Below, one piece after another: positions 12,302 to 25,624 of a stretch of DNA of 64,000 nucleotides (within the stretch, counting starts at the first letter, position 1; each line of letters starts with the position of its first letter). Location of the stretch: positions 49,414,001 through 49,478,000 of the forward strand of contig OX597832.1 in NCBI GenBank assembly GCA_951406725.2. Reading direction: 5' to 3'. This DNA comes from Octopus vulgaris (taxonomy: Eukaryota). Below the pieces are notes generated by a model. The model searched no databases. It had not been told where the DNA came from and saw only the letters and a list, made by a program, of their open reading frames with translations. The translations under genes and the position numbers were made by a program.

Positions 12302-12460
12302 TGAAGGCGCGTGGCTTAGTGGTTAGAGCGTTCCGCTCACGATTGTAAGGCCGTGAGTTCGATTCCCGGCGACCCGTTGTGTCCTTGAGCAAGACACTTT
12401 ATTTCACGTTGCTCCAGTCCATTCAGCTGGCAAAAATGAGTTGTACCTGTATTTCAAAGA
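12302..12460 (+). mobile_element. Family D SINE 5' half, truncated at an RLE-LINE junction
   Basis: ggcgcgtggcttagtggttagagcg...gagttcgattccc...tgtatttcaaag, then an abrupt switch to LINE coding sequence. Confidence 0.85.
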
Positions 12461-13132
12461 ACCCACAATATGGTAGAAGCCGTAGACACTCATACTAAAA
12501 AGGAATATTGTTGGAATGTACCAGTGAAGACCTCAATAAAATGTAAGCACAACAGACCTGATATAATGATTTGGGACAGAGTAGAGAAACTGTGCATAGT
12601 TGTGGAAATTAGCTGCCCAGCGGATGTTAACATAAAGCTGAAGATCAATGAAATAGAGAACACCTATGCTGAACTATTGAGAAATCTGCAGTTACTCTAT
12701 TCAGATTACAAGTTCAGGTTTATACCTGTAATTATTGGGGCCCTGGATTATGTAACACACTGCCTAAATACCAAGCTTGAGAAATAAGGCTTCTAAAAAC
12801 CATAAAGGAGAAAGATAATTCGAAGACTACAGATCCAGTCCATCAATGGAACTGTAAAAATCTGTAAGCCTTTCCAGAAGTTTATCATTTAAATACGAGT
12901 GTGTCTAGATATGCAACTATATACATGAGAATACGTACATAAGACATACAAATCTGCACATACATACATACATACATACATACATACATACATACATACA
13001 TACATACATACATACATACATACATACATACATGCATGCATGCATGCATGCATACATACATGCATGCATGCATGCATACATACATACATACATACATACA
13101 TACATACATACATACATACATACATACATACA

Positions 13133-13164
<32 letters not shown>

Positions 13165-13283
13165 CATACATACAAAAATACCCTGTTGTTGATGTTGAAA
13201 TTCCAATGAAGAAACCTTGGATCTGGGTTAGAAACCGATTCTTTCTCCATTGGCAAGAAATCTTGAAATAATCTGAATAATGA
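12461..13283 (+). mobile_element. 5'-truncated RLE-type non-LTR retrotransposon (R4-like): endonuclease C-terminus + 3'UTR
   Basis: ORF 12470-12787 has HNRPDIMIWD...VVEISCP...IPVIIGAL, the PD-(D/E)xK-type RLE signature, and continues past stops to ...GTVKICK.FQKF. The 3'UTR contains an expanded (CATA)n and ends ...gaaataatctgaataatga-catacatac. Confidence 0.85.
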
Positions 13284-14254
13284 CATACATACATGATTGT
13301 ACGTACGTACGTATGTATGTATGTATGTATGTATGTATGTATGTATGTAGGTAGGTAGGTATGTATGTATGATGTATGTATGTATGTATGTATGTAGGTA
13401 GGTAGGTATGTATGTATGATGTATGTATGTATGTATGTATGTATGTATGTATGTACGTATGTATGTACGTATGTATGTACGTATACATGTATGTATGTAT
13501 GTATGTATGTATGTATGCATGTATGTATGTATGTATGCATGTATGTATGGAGAACAGAGATGAGGTGAATGGCCGGAAAGAATTATATACGAAGCGATGT
13601 CACGGAATGGTCTATCGGGCAAAGCGGAGAGAGGATGTAATGAAAGGAGGTCAAAGGGCTAAGAAATAGATATGAGGAAGAATAAATGTTAAAAAGCTTT
13701 TAGTTATAGACATAGACATACGGCAATAAAAATACTGAATAAAAGACATAAAATAATAATTATTACGATGAAATAAAATTCGTCTTACCCAAATTGCAAT
13801 AAAGGAACTAAATCTATCGTGATTCTACTTTATTTTACGACGTAGAGTCATGATAACGATGGAACTGATAAACGAAAATGACTGAAATATTGTTTAACGC
13901 GACGAAATATAGGTAGAAAGACCAGCGAGAAACTGTAAGTGCAAGTACATACAATAGCTATACGCAGATAAGTAAAAGAGTAAAAGAGAATTCATTTGAA
14001 AACACTTTTATTCACAACATATAGAATTTTCACACAACACTATTAAGTTATCTTACACCATCATACCAAACTATGCAGTTTAACTCAATAAATATGGATA
14101 ACTTAAACAGAAATACAAATTGTAACTATATTAACTTTAGTAATTTACTAATGCAATATTACAATTAATGACTTAAGATGTACTTTCTTAGGTTCTTCTC
14201 TACACATTTTAAACTACACGGCAACGATCCTCCCCACACTGTTAGAAGCCTAAA

Positions 14255-14460
14255 TGGAAAAAATTCAACGTCGCTTTCGGAATTCATTTGGGAGCTAAAG
14301 GAAAAGAGTATTTAACTACACTCTTAAATGGAAAACAGTATTCCAAGCAAATGCTTATGCAGGAAGAAAGAGATCTTCTAATTTAAGTTCATCAGACAGC
14401 TTGACTATAACTTTCGCTAAATATGTAACGAAGAGGTTTTCTTTTTGTAAACACTGAATC
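14255..14460 (+). pseudogene. Penelope-like element ORF C-terminal fragment (GIY-YIG endonuclease region)
   Basis: Translates NSTSLSEFIWELKEK../NYTLKWK..FQANAYAGRKRSSNL, matching the PLE consensus NST.LS..IW.LK....Y.LKW.I...A..Y....K.CNLC. Confidence 0.7.
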
Positions 14461-14704
14461 TCAAAATCCTGATTTCACCACAAATCCAGAACTTTAATAC
14501 CAAGATAACTACTTATACCATTCAATTTTTACCATTGAATGTCCGACTCTACTCGAAATCTTCCATGGTAAATTCAGCCTTCATTTGAGATAATTTATTT
14601 CTCTACACATTTTACTTACTGCGTTTCCATTCATTATGATTTTATGCTCTAATAATTCTTAATATTTCATTTCCTCCTTTCTATTCACAGCTAGTGCTTC
14701 AACA

Positions 14705-15135
14705 TACTCTTTTACTCTTTTTTTTTTTTTTACTCTTTTTACTTGTTTCAGTCATTTGACTGCGGCCATGCTGGAGCACCGCCTTTAGTCGAGCAAATCG
14801 ACCCCGGGACTTATTCTTTGTAAGCCCAGTACTTATTCTATCGGTCTCTTTTGCCGAACCGCTAAGTTACGGGGACGTAAACACACCAGCATCGGTTGTC
14901 AAGCAATGCTAGGGGAACAAACACAGACACACAAACATATTCACACACACTTATATATATATACATATATACGACGGGCTTCTTTCAGTTTCCGTCTACC
15001 AAATCCACTCACAAGGCATTGGTCGGCCCGGGGCTATAGCAGAAGACACGTGCCCAAGATGCCACGCAGTGGGACTGAACCCGGAACCATGTGGTTGGTT
15101 AGCAAGCTACTTACCAAACAGCCACTCCTGCGCAT
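14705..15135 (-). mobile_element. Family E SINE, full length
   Basis: Same head, body and tail as 9040-9426. Confidence 0.92.
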
Positions 15136-15537
15136 ATGAATATTTATTATATTCCTTTTTTTCTATTATGTTATAATATTTTATATTTTCCTATATTTCA
15201 TATTTCGTCTCATTCATTATACCTTCACTCCAGAATAAACTGAAATTGTTAACAAAATATTTTTTCACTTCTTCGTCTGACAATCTCTAAATTTATTTCT
15301 ATAGTTTATTTCACAGTTATTTCAATACAATAATGTCTCCTTTTTCTTTTCCTGTATATATATTTCACTTCTGTTGCTTATTTACATCTGCCCTGTCGAT
15401 CATAGCTTTCTTCAGAGCCGGTCAGGCTCTCTGTGAGATATCTATGACGCATACTTACTAGCTCCTCTGATACGCTAGCATCAGCTTTACCGTCCAGTAC
15501 AAACCTCTACTTCTTTTATGCCATACTATCTTCAAAT

Positions 15538-16010
15538 TGTGAAGTATATTTGCCACTTAAATGTGGCTAACCACTATGGGTGGATGCTACTGTAGCTTGT
15601 AGACCCAGGAGAACATCTTCTCCAGATGGCTATTGATATACTTTTTGTGCCCTATCAGTATTTGCAAAGGGAAGCCATCCTTCCCATCGTCGACCTGACG
15701 TGATACGCACGGACCCGGGTCAGTGCACGACAATCACCGGCCCTCGATGCGAAGGGGTCCCAATGCAAATACATATATCCTTTTTCCGACCGGTGATTGT
15801 CGTGCGCTGACGACAGGTAAATACTCAGAAACCTGGGTCCGTGCGTATCACGTCAGGTCCACGATGGGAAGGATGGCTTCCCTTTGCAAATACTGATAGG
15901 GCACAGAAAGTGTGTCAATAGCCAGCTGGAGATGTTCTCCTGGGCCTACAAGCTACAGTAGCATGCACTCTTATTGGTTAGCCACATTTAAGTGGCAAAT
16001 ATACTTCACA
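15538..16010. repeat. Long fold-back inverted repeat (~200-bp arms, ~50-nt spacer); probable Penelope-like inverted terminal repeat
   Basis: 15538-15740 is the reverse complement of 15790-16010 (tgtgaagtatatttgccactt... / ...aagtggcaaatatacttcaca) with scattered mismatches. Confidence 0.92.
15793..15851 (+). ncRNA. Minimal type-I hammerhead ribozyme-like motif
   Basis: gtgattgtcgtgcg-CTGACGA-caggtaaatactca-GAAAC-ctgg-GTC-cgtgcgtatcac. Helix I is gtgat/atcac plus cgtgcg/cgtgcg with GU pairs; helix II is weak; loop 3 is CCGG (palindromic) in the other arm. Confidence 0.6.
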
Positions 16011-17121
16011 TTGTCGTGCGGCTACTGTTTATACCTCGTTCAGAGATTTATTATATCTTCAACTTTTTATTCATATTCTCACTACTTAACCTACTTTATC
16101 CATTTAAGCTTCCTTTTAGCCAGCAGTTTGATCCACCCCTTTTCACTTATTCCTGTTTTTGTACCTCAACGTATTAAGCACCTACCATTTCCATTCACAA
16201 CCACATTGGTAGCTTAACTAAGCTATTTTTATCTTTTTAATCTCTTGTATATCCTTTTCCTTTGAGTATATTTTCATGTTGCCCTTATTTTAAAATCTAT
16301 CTCTATTTAAAGAATATATTTTCTTACCCTTTAGTTGCTGCCTCACCAGATATCTTTTGAAATCTAAATTTTTTTTCAAGGGGTTTCTCTGTTAATCTTT
16401 TGTACCCCAATCCTTTTCAGGTCCCCAAAACTATTAAGATTTCTATCATACAGTTAGCCAAATCCTTGCAATTATTTACAATTTTCCAGTTCTCTAAACA
16501 CGACATTAGTTTGGAGGAGGGGGTGCTTGCTTGTACGTTTTTTGTTGTTTTGTTTGTTTGTTTTTTCTTTTGGTTGATTTTAACTAGAATTTCTTCCACA
16601 GAATTTCTTATACTTTGTCGCAACAAATAGCGGTGGTGGTCTACTAACTAGAAATTTTGTTTAACCAGAAATTCTTTTAGAGTTTCCTCGTTTCTTTCGC
16701 TGTTCACTATTCACTGCTTCGCATTTTACTCTCAAGAGTTCTTTGCAGATCCTTTTCGTGTACGGTTCTTTTAATTTCTGGGGTTTTTTTTCGTTTTACA
16801 TTGTTGCTATTCTAATATCATTTGTTTATATACATAAACATACACCTTCACACACGCATGCATACACATACATCTACACACACACACACACACAAACACA
16901 CACGAGCACACACAAACATACACACACACACATTTATATCGCTGTGTGTATATTAGAGTACGTATGCATGAGACGATGTATAAGCATTGTATACCTGAAA
17001 TTTTTTGTACACACACAAACACAAAACCACACATACGCACACATACACACACACACATACACACACACAAACACACACACAAACACATGCCCATATATCC
17101 ATATGAGTGTGTGTGTGTGTG

Positions 17122-17170
<49 letters not shown>

Positions 17171-19457
17171 ATGTATGTGTGTGACAGTCTAGATGTTTAT
17201 TTCTGTTTTTCCTGCTTCTCTGTATATCCTCATTTTACTGTGTTCCAGTATGTTTTTCTTATTTTCATTTGTTTATCTCTTTCAGCTTTATCGTGACTTC
17301 ACCTTATAAAAGACTCACTGTGTTTATTTCATCATAATTTCATTATATTTTATTCTATTATTTACTTTTTTTTATTTCCTCTTCTACCTTAATTTTTAGT
17401 GATGTATCTCTGTCTACAACTACGAGCTTTTCAACACATTCTCCTTCCAAATATATTTTCCTGTTCACTTCGACCTTCTCAACATTTGTATTCTTTATTT
17501 CCTCTATAATTTTCTCTGTCCACACTCACCTCTACTCTTTGTTTACAGAGCCAAAATTAAAAAAACATATCTGTGTACCTGTGACTTTTTCATCCTTCTC
17601 TATCTCTCGTTCATCTTCTTTTTGGTCCTACGCTCTTTATGAAACACAGACCATCAACGACTTAACTTCACTAATATCGACTCTCACTGAGCTGTTTTGT
17701 GACCCCTATTGGAGCCCTACTTTTTCAGCTCTACCTCGTTATCCTGCCGCCTGCTATTTTTAGGGTGTCTTCATTTCTGCCCTTCTTGTGGATTCCAATC
17801 CAGGCCCAGCACGTGATACAGGACAAAGGTTTTCGGATTTTGCTGCAACAAGTCATATGTTTTCCTAAACGAAAAGCTCCCTTTCTCAGGTCTTGTTGGA
17901 TATAGATTGTCGTAGAGTTATTGGCCATACGCAAGTCCATTTTTGCCTCTGGAAAGAGGCGATCCATATTACTTTGACCTCTATGGTTTGACCAGTCTAG
18001 CACGAGAGGCCCTACCGGGATCTTGCGTTCCATTCTCTTAGCTCACACAGTCAATAATTCTGATTTGTTAAGTTCGAGTGAACGAAACATTAGGTCCAAT
18101 TGTCATGAAGCATTTTATCAAATAAATATTTATTCTCGGTGATTAACAGCGTGGTGAGTCCTTTATCTGAAAGCGACTTGTTGTTAATAACTAACAGAGT
18201 GATAGACAGAATAATGGATGGAGGGATAGATGGATGGATATATACATGTATATCTATGTGTGTATACAGACATACACACACACGCACACACAAAAGCTTA
18301 CCCTACATCAAAGTGAAAGTTGAATATACCACCGGCTGCTGGTCCAAGACAGGCTACTCTCTGTATCTATGTTACTAACAACATAGCTATAGTTGGTGTT
18401 CTAGTACAGGAAAATCTGAATAATTTCCATACTCTGCAAGCTTCTTCTTTAGCCATAATATACTTTTTAAGAAACCCGACTTCAATTCTCACGATTCCAG
18501 ATCAGTTGTTTTCAGTCCCAAATTACATTTTAAAACACCAGGCCATTATATCCGGTTTGTAGTGCCTAGAATCATTATACAGATGATTCGGCAATAAACT
18601 TTCCATCTGTATGCATTCACTTCATGGGTGTCTGTACCTCTTAAAACATTGTAGCGTATTGTATGTTTACCTTCATGAGTATCTTTCTACAGATTGTATT
18701 ATATATCATTTTGACAGCTGCATCGTTTCCCTTATGTATGCAAACACGATCCATTGATGGATTTCGAGACTTACTGTTGTTATGAAAGGGGAAATGATGT
18801 CCCATTCAAATCTGTTGAAATCTGCCGCCTTGTTTGTTTGTTCTCTTTTTTCTTTTGTCTTTTTTTGTTTCTGGCAAAATAGATTAATATCTTTTATTTG
18901 TGGAAATATATGGCGGTGGTTTATAGTTTCCAGCTTTAAAATTTTAATATGAAAGACATGGATCTTATCTAGTAACTAACTGCGTAGTATCCAATCACGT
19001 GGTACAGCAAACGCGGCAAACACATCGTGGCTTACTGACTTATTGTACGTAGAGAACACTATGTCTATATATGTATGTATCTGCATGTTTGTGTATGTGT
19101 GTGTTTGTGTGTGTCTGTGTGTGCGTGTGTGTATGTATGTTTGCGTGTTTTTCTGTGTATGTAAGAGTTTCATTCAATAACGACAAAATAAAAGACGCAA
19201 ACACATTCACTGTCCGTTTTTGCAATTTTGGTCTTTTTTTCCTTCTGTAATTTTCTCTATCCATCCTCGTACACACCTCACACCCCATTCTTTCTACCCC
19301 ACCACTATCCCTCTTTCTATCTCCCCCGTTCTATGCTTCTCTACATATGTTTATGTATGCATGTGTGCGTGTGTTTATATTTATTTATGTACATATGTGT
19401 ATGCTTTTAGATAGATACATACACACATGCTTATGCATATACTGGTAATATATATAT

Positions 19458-19525
<68 letters not shown>

Positions 19526-19587
19526 GTATGTATATATGTATGTGTGTATGTATGTATACATGTATATATATATATAAGCACACAAAC

Positions 19588-19619
<32 letters not shown>

Positions 19620-19620
19620 G

Positions 19621-19670
<50 letters not shown>

Positions 19671-20560
19671 CTCTCTCCCTGTCTCACTTTCTCTCTCTTT
19701 CTCCCTCTCTGTCTTTCTCTTTCCCTCTCTCTAACTCTCGCTATTCTATAGAATCCGTTTTAATATATTTCTTCTTTTTTCATATCCATTTCTCGTAATT
19801 CCAATGTCCACATTTTCATTCACAATATTTTATGCATCCCAAGTGATAGCCTTAATACTCACATTTTAAATTACATTTGTATTCCATCGCATCTCTCTCC
19901 TATTCTTTATTTTACGATTATTATTTTTTTTCTGTAATTCCTCATAGATATTATTCAATCTATCGATCGAAATTGACTATTATCTAATCGAATGCATCGT
20001 TGGTGTTTTTTAACATAGCAGTCTTTTTTTTTATTATTGCTTAAAATGTGTTGATATGTCTATTCATTCATCTAATTTATTCATTTGTCATTAATATTTG
20101 TTAGTTTATCGTTAACGTATTGAAAGAAGATGCTTAAAGATAGACAGATCGAGAGAGAAAGGGAGAGCGTTGTTTATGCAAGTGACGATAGTCGTGAATG
20201 TTTCGTGTATTCTTTTATGAATTGACATGAAAAACACAAAAAGATATCCTAAATCAACACCAGAGGTATTACTGATAATATAAAGATAGAAAAATATATA
20301 TATATGTTATGTAACAAACAACGAAAGAAACTTGTAAACAAGACGTTATGTCAGAAGGGAAAGTGACGATGATGGAGACTATATCGCGTGATTCGCAAAA
20401 TGCAAAAGAAATATAGGAAAAAAAGAATGATGACAGCCATAACAGCAGCAACAACGATTACATCAACAAGAAAAACGAGACATGGGCAAAAAAATACGAT
20501 TCTTTAATATGTATATATGTGTTTTTAATTTGATATATGAGCGTGTGTGTGTGTGTATGC

Positions 20561-20610
<50 letters not shown>

Positions 20611-21107
20611 GTATATTCACATATATAAATACATACACACACACTCATACATATATACAAAATATATACATATACATACATGTACCAATATATATGTGAA
20701 TGTGTTTATGTATGTACATATGTACAAGCATATGGTTATATGTGTGTATGTCTGTATATATGTATGTATATATATATATATATTTATACATACAACATAC
20801 ATATATGCACATGCATATCTATATGTATACACATATAGATATATAGTTTATCTGGGTGTTAATAATGATATTTAACTATGCATATATACATCTACGCAAA
20901 TACATACAACCATACAAACGAACAATACATAAATACATATACATATGCATATATGTATATATGTATATATGTATAAACATATGCGTGTTTCTTCATGTAT
21001 GGCTATGTGTGCACGCGCTCAAGATAATAAAGAAACATAAAAGCAAAATTTTTTATCGTTTGTGGGAAAATATATTATGCCATGTGTACTTATATATGTA
21101 TGTATGC

Positions 21108-21160
<53 letters not shown>

Positions 21161-21441
21161 TATACGTATGTATATATACATGTGTATATATGTGTATATA
21201 TGTGTATATACATGCATATATATACATATATATGTGTATATACATATATATATCTATACATATATATATATATATACACACATATATATATTAGTGTTTG
21301 GGTTTATGTGTATATGTGTGGGTGGGTGTGTGTTTGTAAGAAGAAAAGAAAAATGGAGATTAGGAAGTTAATTATTGTTTATTATTAAAAGCAAATTGGT
21401 CGTCTTCGCTTCTTACAGCCGTTTTAATTAATACTCAATAA

Positions 21442-21727
21442 TTTAATTACAAATTAGTACATTAAATTTACATTTATGTGATATGAGTATAATTTTATCA
21501 GAGGAAAACAAAAGGGACCTTTGGATGTTATATGTGAGCGTATCAATTCATTTCAGCAGATTCAGATTTTGTGATAATTTGTAGTGTATATATATGTATA
21601 TATATGAATCTGCTGAAATGAATTGATGAGCCCACGCATAACATCCAAAGGTACCATTTTTTTTCCTTTGATGAAATTATACTCATGTCACATAAATGTA
21701 AATTTAATGTACAAATTTTTAATTAAA
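21442..21727. repeat. Inverted repeat, ~120-bp arms, spacer containing (TA)n
   Basis: 21442-21564 is the reverse complement of 21605-21727 (...atcaattcatttcagcagattca / tgaatctgctgaaatgaattgat...). Confidence 0.9.
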
Positions 21728-22004
21728 GGCGGAGAAGGAGGAAGATGAGAAGAAGGCGGAAGAGGAGGAGGAGAAGAAGAAGAGAGTGGGAATGGTATGA
21801 CAGTAGTAGGATGTTGGTGGAATCCTCTTAAATGGTCAAGTGACCTAAAAGTGTCCTGTTGTGGTTGTAATATTAGTGATTGGAATTGTTCTGAATAAAT
21901 TCATGGGTATTGACTGTTCTGTGTGTGTGTGTGTGTGTGTGTGCGTGTGTGTATTTGTATGTGTTTGTGTATGTGTGTGCGTGCGTGCGTGTGTGTATGC
22001 GTGT

Positions 22005-22039
<35 letters not shown>

Positions 22040-22265
22040 ACTGAATCTGAGTTTGTTCCCCACCACCACTTGTCACCTGGTGTTGATGTGTTTACGTCCC
22101 CGTAACTTGGCCGTTCGGCAAAGATATCGATGAAATAAGTACCTGGCTTTAAAAATATAATAAAATAAAAGCTACTGGTGTCGATTCATTCGGCTAATAC
22201 TTCTTGAAGGTGGTGCCCCAGCGTGACCGCAGTCTAATGACCGAAACAATTAAAAGATAAAAGAG
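22040..22265 (+). mobile_element. Family E SINE, diverged 3' half
   Basis: gtgtttacgtccccgtaactt...ggtggtgccccagcgtgaccgcagtctaatgaccgaaac. Confidence 0.8.
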
Positions 22266-22294
22266 AAAATGATAATGATAAAAATAAAAAATCA

Positions 22295-22420
22295 AACTCT
22301 CTCTTGCACCAAATGTCAATTGCTAAAAAGCATTCATGAAGTAAAATCATGTAGCAACACCGAATGGCGGTGCCCCAGCATGGCCACAGCTCGTGAGCTG
22401 AAATTAGATGAAATGAAATG
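22295..22420 (+). mobile_element. 3' end of a probable L2/CR1-group LINE sharing its tail with SINE family E
   Basis: ggcggtgccccagcatggccacagctcgtgagctgaaa followed by (atgaa)n; the upstream sequence differs from the SINE body. Confidence 0.55.
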
Positions 22421-23936
22421 AAAAAAATGAAAAATATGTATGTATGTCAGGTACGATACCAGGCTATATTTGCACTCAATTGCTATTTCTATTGGAGTGT
22501 TCCACCAGCATTGTTTTTAAATGGATGGATAGATAGATGGATGGATGGATGGATGGATGGATGGACGGACGGACGGACGGACGGACGGACGGATGGATGG
22601 ATGGATGGATGGATGGATGGATGGATGGATGGATGGATGGATTAAAAGTATTGGCAAAGCACCGGGGAAAACAGCACTTTCAGCATTTACTTACATCCCT
22701 TTACGTTCTGAATTCAAATCCCCACAGCGAACAACCTTGTAATTTCATCCTTCTTCCATAATACTCCTCTCCCAAACGGTTTCGTCTTTATGTCTAATTT
22801 GCAACCAAGATTTGTTCCTTCTAGTCACTATAGTGAAGCAAACCGGTGATAAATCTACTCTATGATAAGATAGATTGACGAACTGGTTTCTACAATGTAC
22901 AATACTTTCGTCAGTGTCTATGCAATAAATAAATATTGTTATCATTTTCTTTGACAGTTTACTAGAGCTGCTGTATTTCAATGTTGTACGAGCTTCATTT
23001 GCATTATTAATTCGTTAGGTGGAAGGAAGGAAAGACAGGTGACACGCATTCCAAATATTTCTTGTGAAAAATGAGAGATTCGTTTATAAGTAAATGTAGC
23101 TTTCTAAATCATAAATTATTTAGATTTGTCACATGCTTACAATTTTTATCGCTGCATCTGAAAGAAAATGAAATTCATTTTTCAAACATTCGTGGTTCCC
23201 CTAACGGTCTCGACTATTTGAAGGGAGATAATCATTTCGTCATAATTCCAAACATTAGAAATTTGAAATAAAAAGTAAGGAACTATAAAGAAAAATACGC
23301 ATAGATTCCTTCTGTTTGTTCAGATAGCGTCAAAAGTAACAGCAGCTACAGTCATGGCGAGATAACAACGGTTTCTCTACCAGAAGCGTAACAAGAGGAG
23401 TTTCTTGCCATAGATGGAAATAAGTGAAATCCCAGCTGCTGAGGACCTTTCTTCGTCAGTGGGTTCTGCAAACATGAAACTCAAATCACTGAACATAAAT
23501 GTCAGAGCTACGTTAGCTAGCACTCTTCTATCATTCAATTCTGCGCTAACGGAATGCGATGCTACTTTGCTAAAATAGTTACAATAAAATTCTTAATTTT
23601 CAGTAAAAAAAAAAATGCTCGGAGTAATAACGGGGTAATTATGATTAACAGTCCGATTAACTTACACACAAGGCAAGTTTTATGTGCATGTCTATGTTTC
23701 TGAACGGATGTATCACAAAACGCGTTCAAAAAGAGTAGACTGCAACTATTCAACAGAAATAATGTCAATAAAATCAATAGCTGAACTGCCTTATGATACA
23801 CTACATTCCTAAATGCCGACATTTTCTTATAATATGTCACGGTGAGTTTCTGAAACTTTTCGGCATCTGTATTAATATAGTCTTCAAGGCAATTTCAATG
23901 TTAACAGACTTCAATAAAGCTTGAAGATATATATAC

Positions 23937-23984
<48 letters not shown>

Positions 23985-24140
23985 TTAAGTAGACAAATGA
24001 ATTATCTTATTACGGATAATTCGAAAGATAACCGATACCTGGGTAGCAAACTCACAACAGAAAAAGCACGGTTGAAGTTACGACCATAGGGTATAAAATC
24101 CGTGCCTTAGTGCGGAAATTTGAAGTTTAATTTAATATAT

Positions 24141-24786
24141 TAAGTCTAGGAAAGAATGGAGCTGAACGAAGATTTAACAAAGTTCCTTTATTTTATTTTC
24201 GACATATGTTTCGAAGTCTGCAAAATCCATAATTCCGAATGAATAAGGAGCCCATTATGCAGCTTTCTCTTCAGGAAAATCCAGGAACTTAATTCTCCAA
24301 CAAAATGCACAAGTTTTTCGATGACTACTCACTAGGAGCCCATAGAGATAATGATAAATAGTGTCTACTTATAGGGGGTGACGCCAGATTGGTTGAAAGT
24401 AGGAGAAAATGTCAGTTAAAATAGTTCAAGGGTTCAATCAAGGTTGGTGAAGGAAGGTAAAGGAAAATTAAAGTAAGGGAATGTATTCTGTATGACTGGT
24501 GTTTATATTTGATTTATTTTATGAATGAGTGCTCGTATGTATGAGTGTGTAAATTTGCCCTAATGTGTGTGTGTGTGTCTGTGAATGAGTGAATGTGTGT
24601 GTAGAAGGCAGAGAAAAAGAATTAACGGCCAGGAGATGAAAAGACTGTGTCTGTGTGTTCGAATGTGAGGGAGAGGGTAGAATCCCTAATTCATTCGGAA
24701 TTAGGGATTTTGCAGACTTCGAAACATATGTCGAAAATAAAATAAAGGAACTTTGTTAAATCTTCGTTCAGCTTCATTCTTTCCTT

Positions 24787-24791
<5 letters not shown>
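24141..24791 (-). mobile_element. 5'-truncated Penelope-like element with inverted partial terminal repeat
   Basis: 24141-24243 is the reverse complement of 24690-24791; hammerhead motif in the complete arm; abuts (TA)n. Confidence 0.75.
24195..24280 (-). ncRNA. Type-I hammerhead ribozyme motif, intact catalytic core
   Basis: Minus strand ATTTTC-CTGAAGA-GAAAGCTGCA...TGCAGACTTC-GAAAC-ATAT-GTC-GAAAAT: 6-bp helix I, 8 of 10 paired helix II, palindromic helix III (ACATATGT), GUC cleavage triplet. Confidence 0.8.
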
Positions 24792-24856
<65 letters not shown>

Positions 24857-25430
24857 TGCCATACAGTGCCAATAAAACACACCCAGAACACTGTGAAATG
24901 ATTGTCATTTTTTTTTAAATAAGGACATTCTATACTAGAAAGTTTCAAATAAAAACATTTATGTGAACATTGTATGTGAACACTGGATAATGTATTCTAT
25001 GATGTGCAACAAGGGACAGTCGAGTTTGGAACGCCTTTGATAGTGGGCCTGATCGAGTCTTACCTGAGTTCGAACAACAAAAGCACCATATATAAAACAA
25101 CGGCCAACGGCAAAGCCTCTAAGACGGCTCTCGCGGGCGCTTCTAGGAAAGTCCCCTGCTGCAATTTGTGCCCATATTACACTATTCGATACTGTAGTCC
25201 AAGGTAGGCTATTCCTAAAAAAAAATTAAACCTGGCAGTCAATGACAAGAAGGCGCCTGAAGAAGGAACTCCATGATAAAGAATAGCTTTTATAGCAGTT
25301 ATTTCTGCTTGTTCTTTAAGATGGCAAATTTTGCTATTTTTATCTGCGGGGTATCGTGAGGCAAATTATTCAAAAGTAAATGGAGGGTTTGTTTATTTGT
25401 TTCAATAAATGTTTCATTTGAGTGTTTAAA

Positions 25431-25472
<42 letters not shown>

Positions 25473-25624
25473 CACTTCTGCATACGCGCATGCGCACACA
25501 TTTACACTTATATAATATACGTGCTATTTTTGCTGTAATTGCCATCTGCCTTGTGGTGGAGAATAATTCAAAGGATTACACAAGCACACATGCATATACA
25601 CCCCCGACAAACACACATGCACAT

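Noticed and set aside
17731-18033. 100-aa non-repetitive minus-strand ORF with Cys residues
   Set aside because: No recognisable domain or convincing splice sites; may be a decayed retroelement. Needs BLASTx.
18400-18570. Minus-strand RHYKPDIMAW...RSLQ, resembling the RLE HNRPDIMIW motif
   Set aside because: Too short and stop-ridden to call a fourth RLE fragment by eye.
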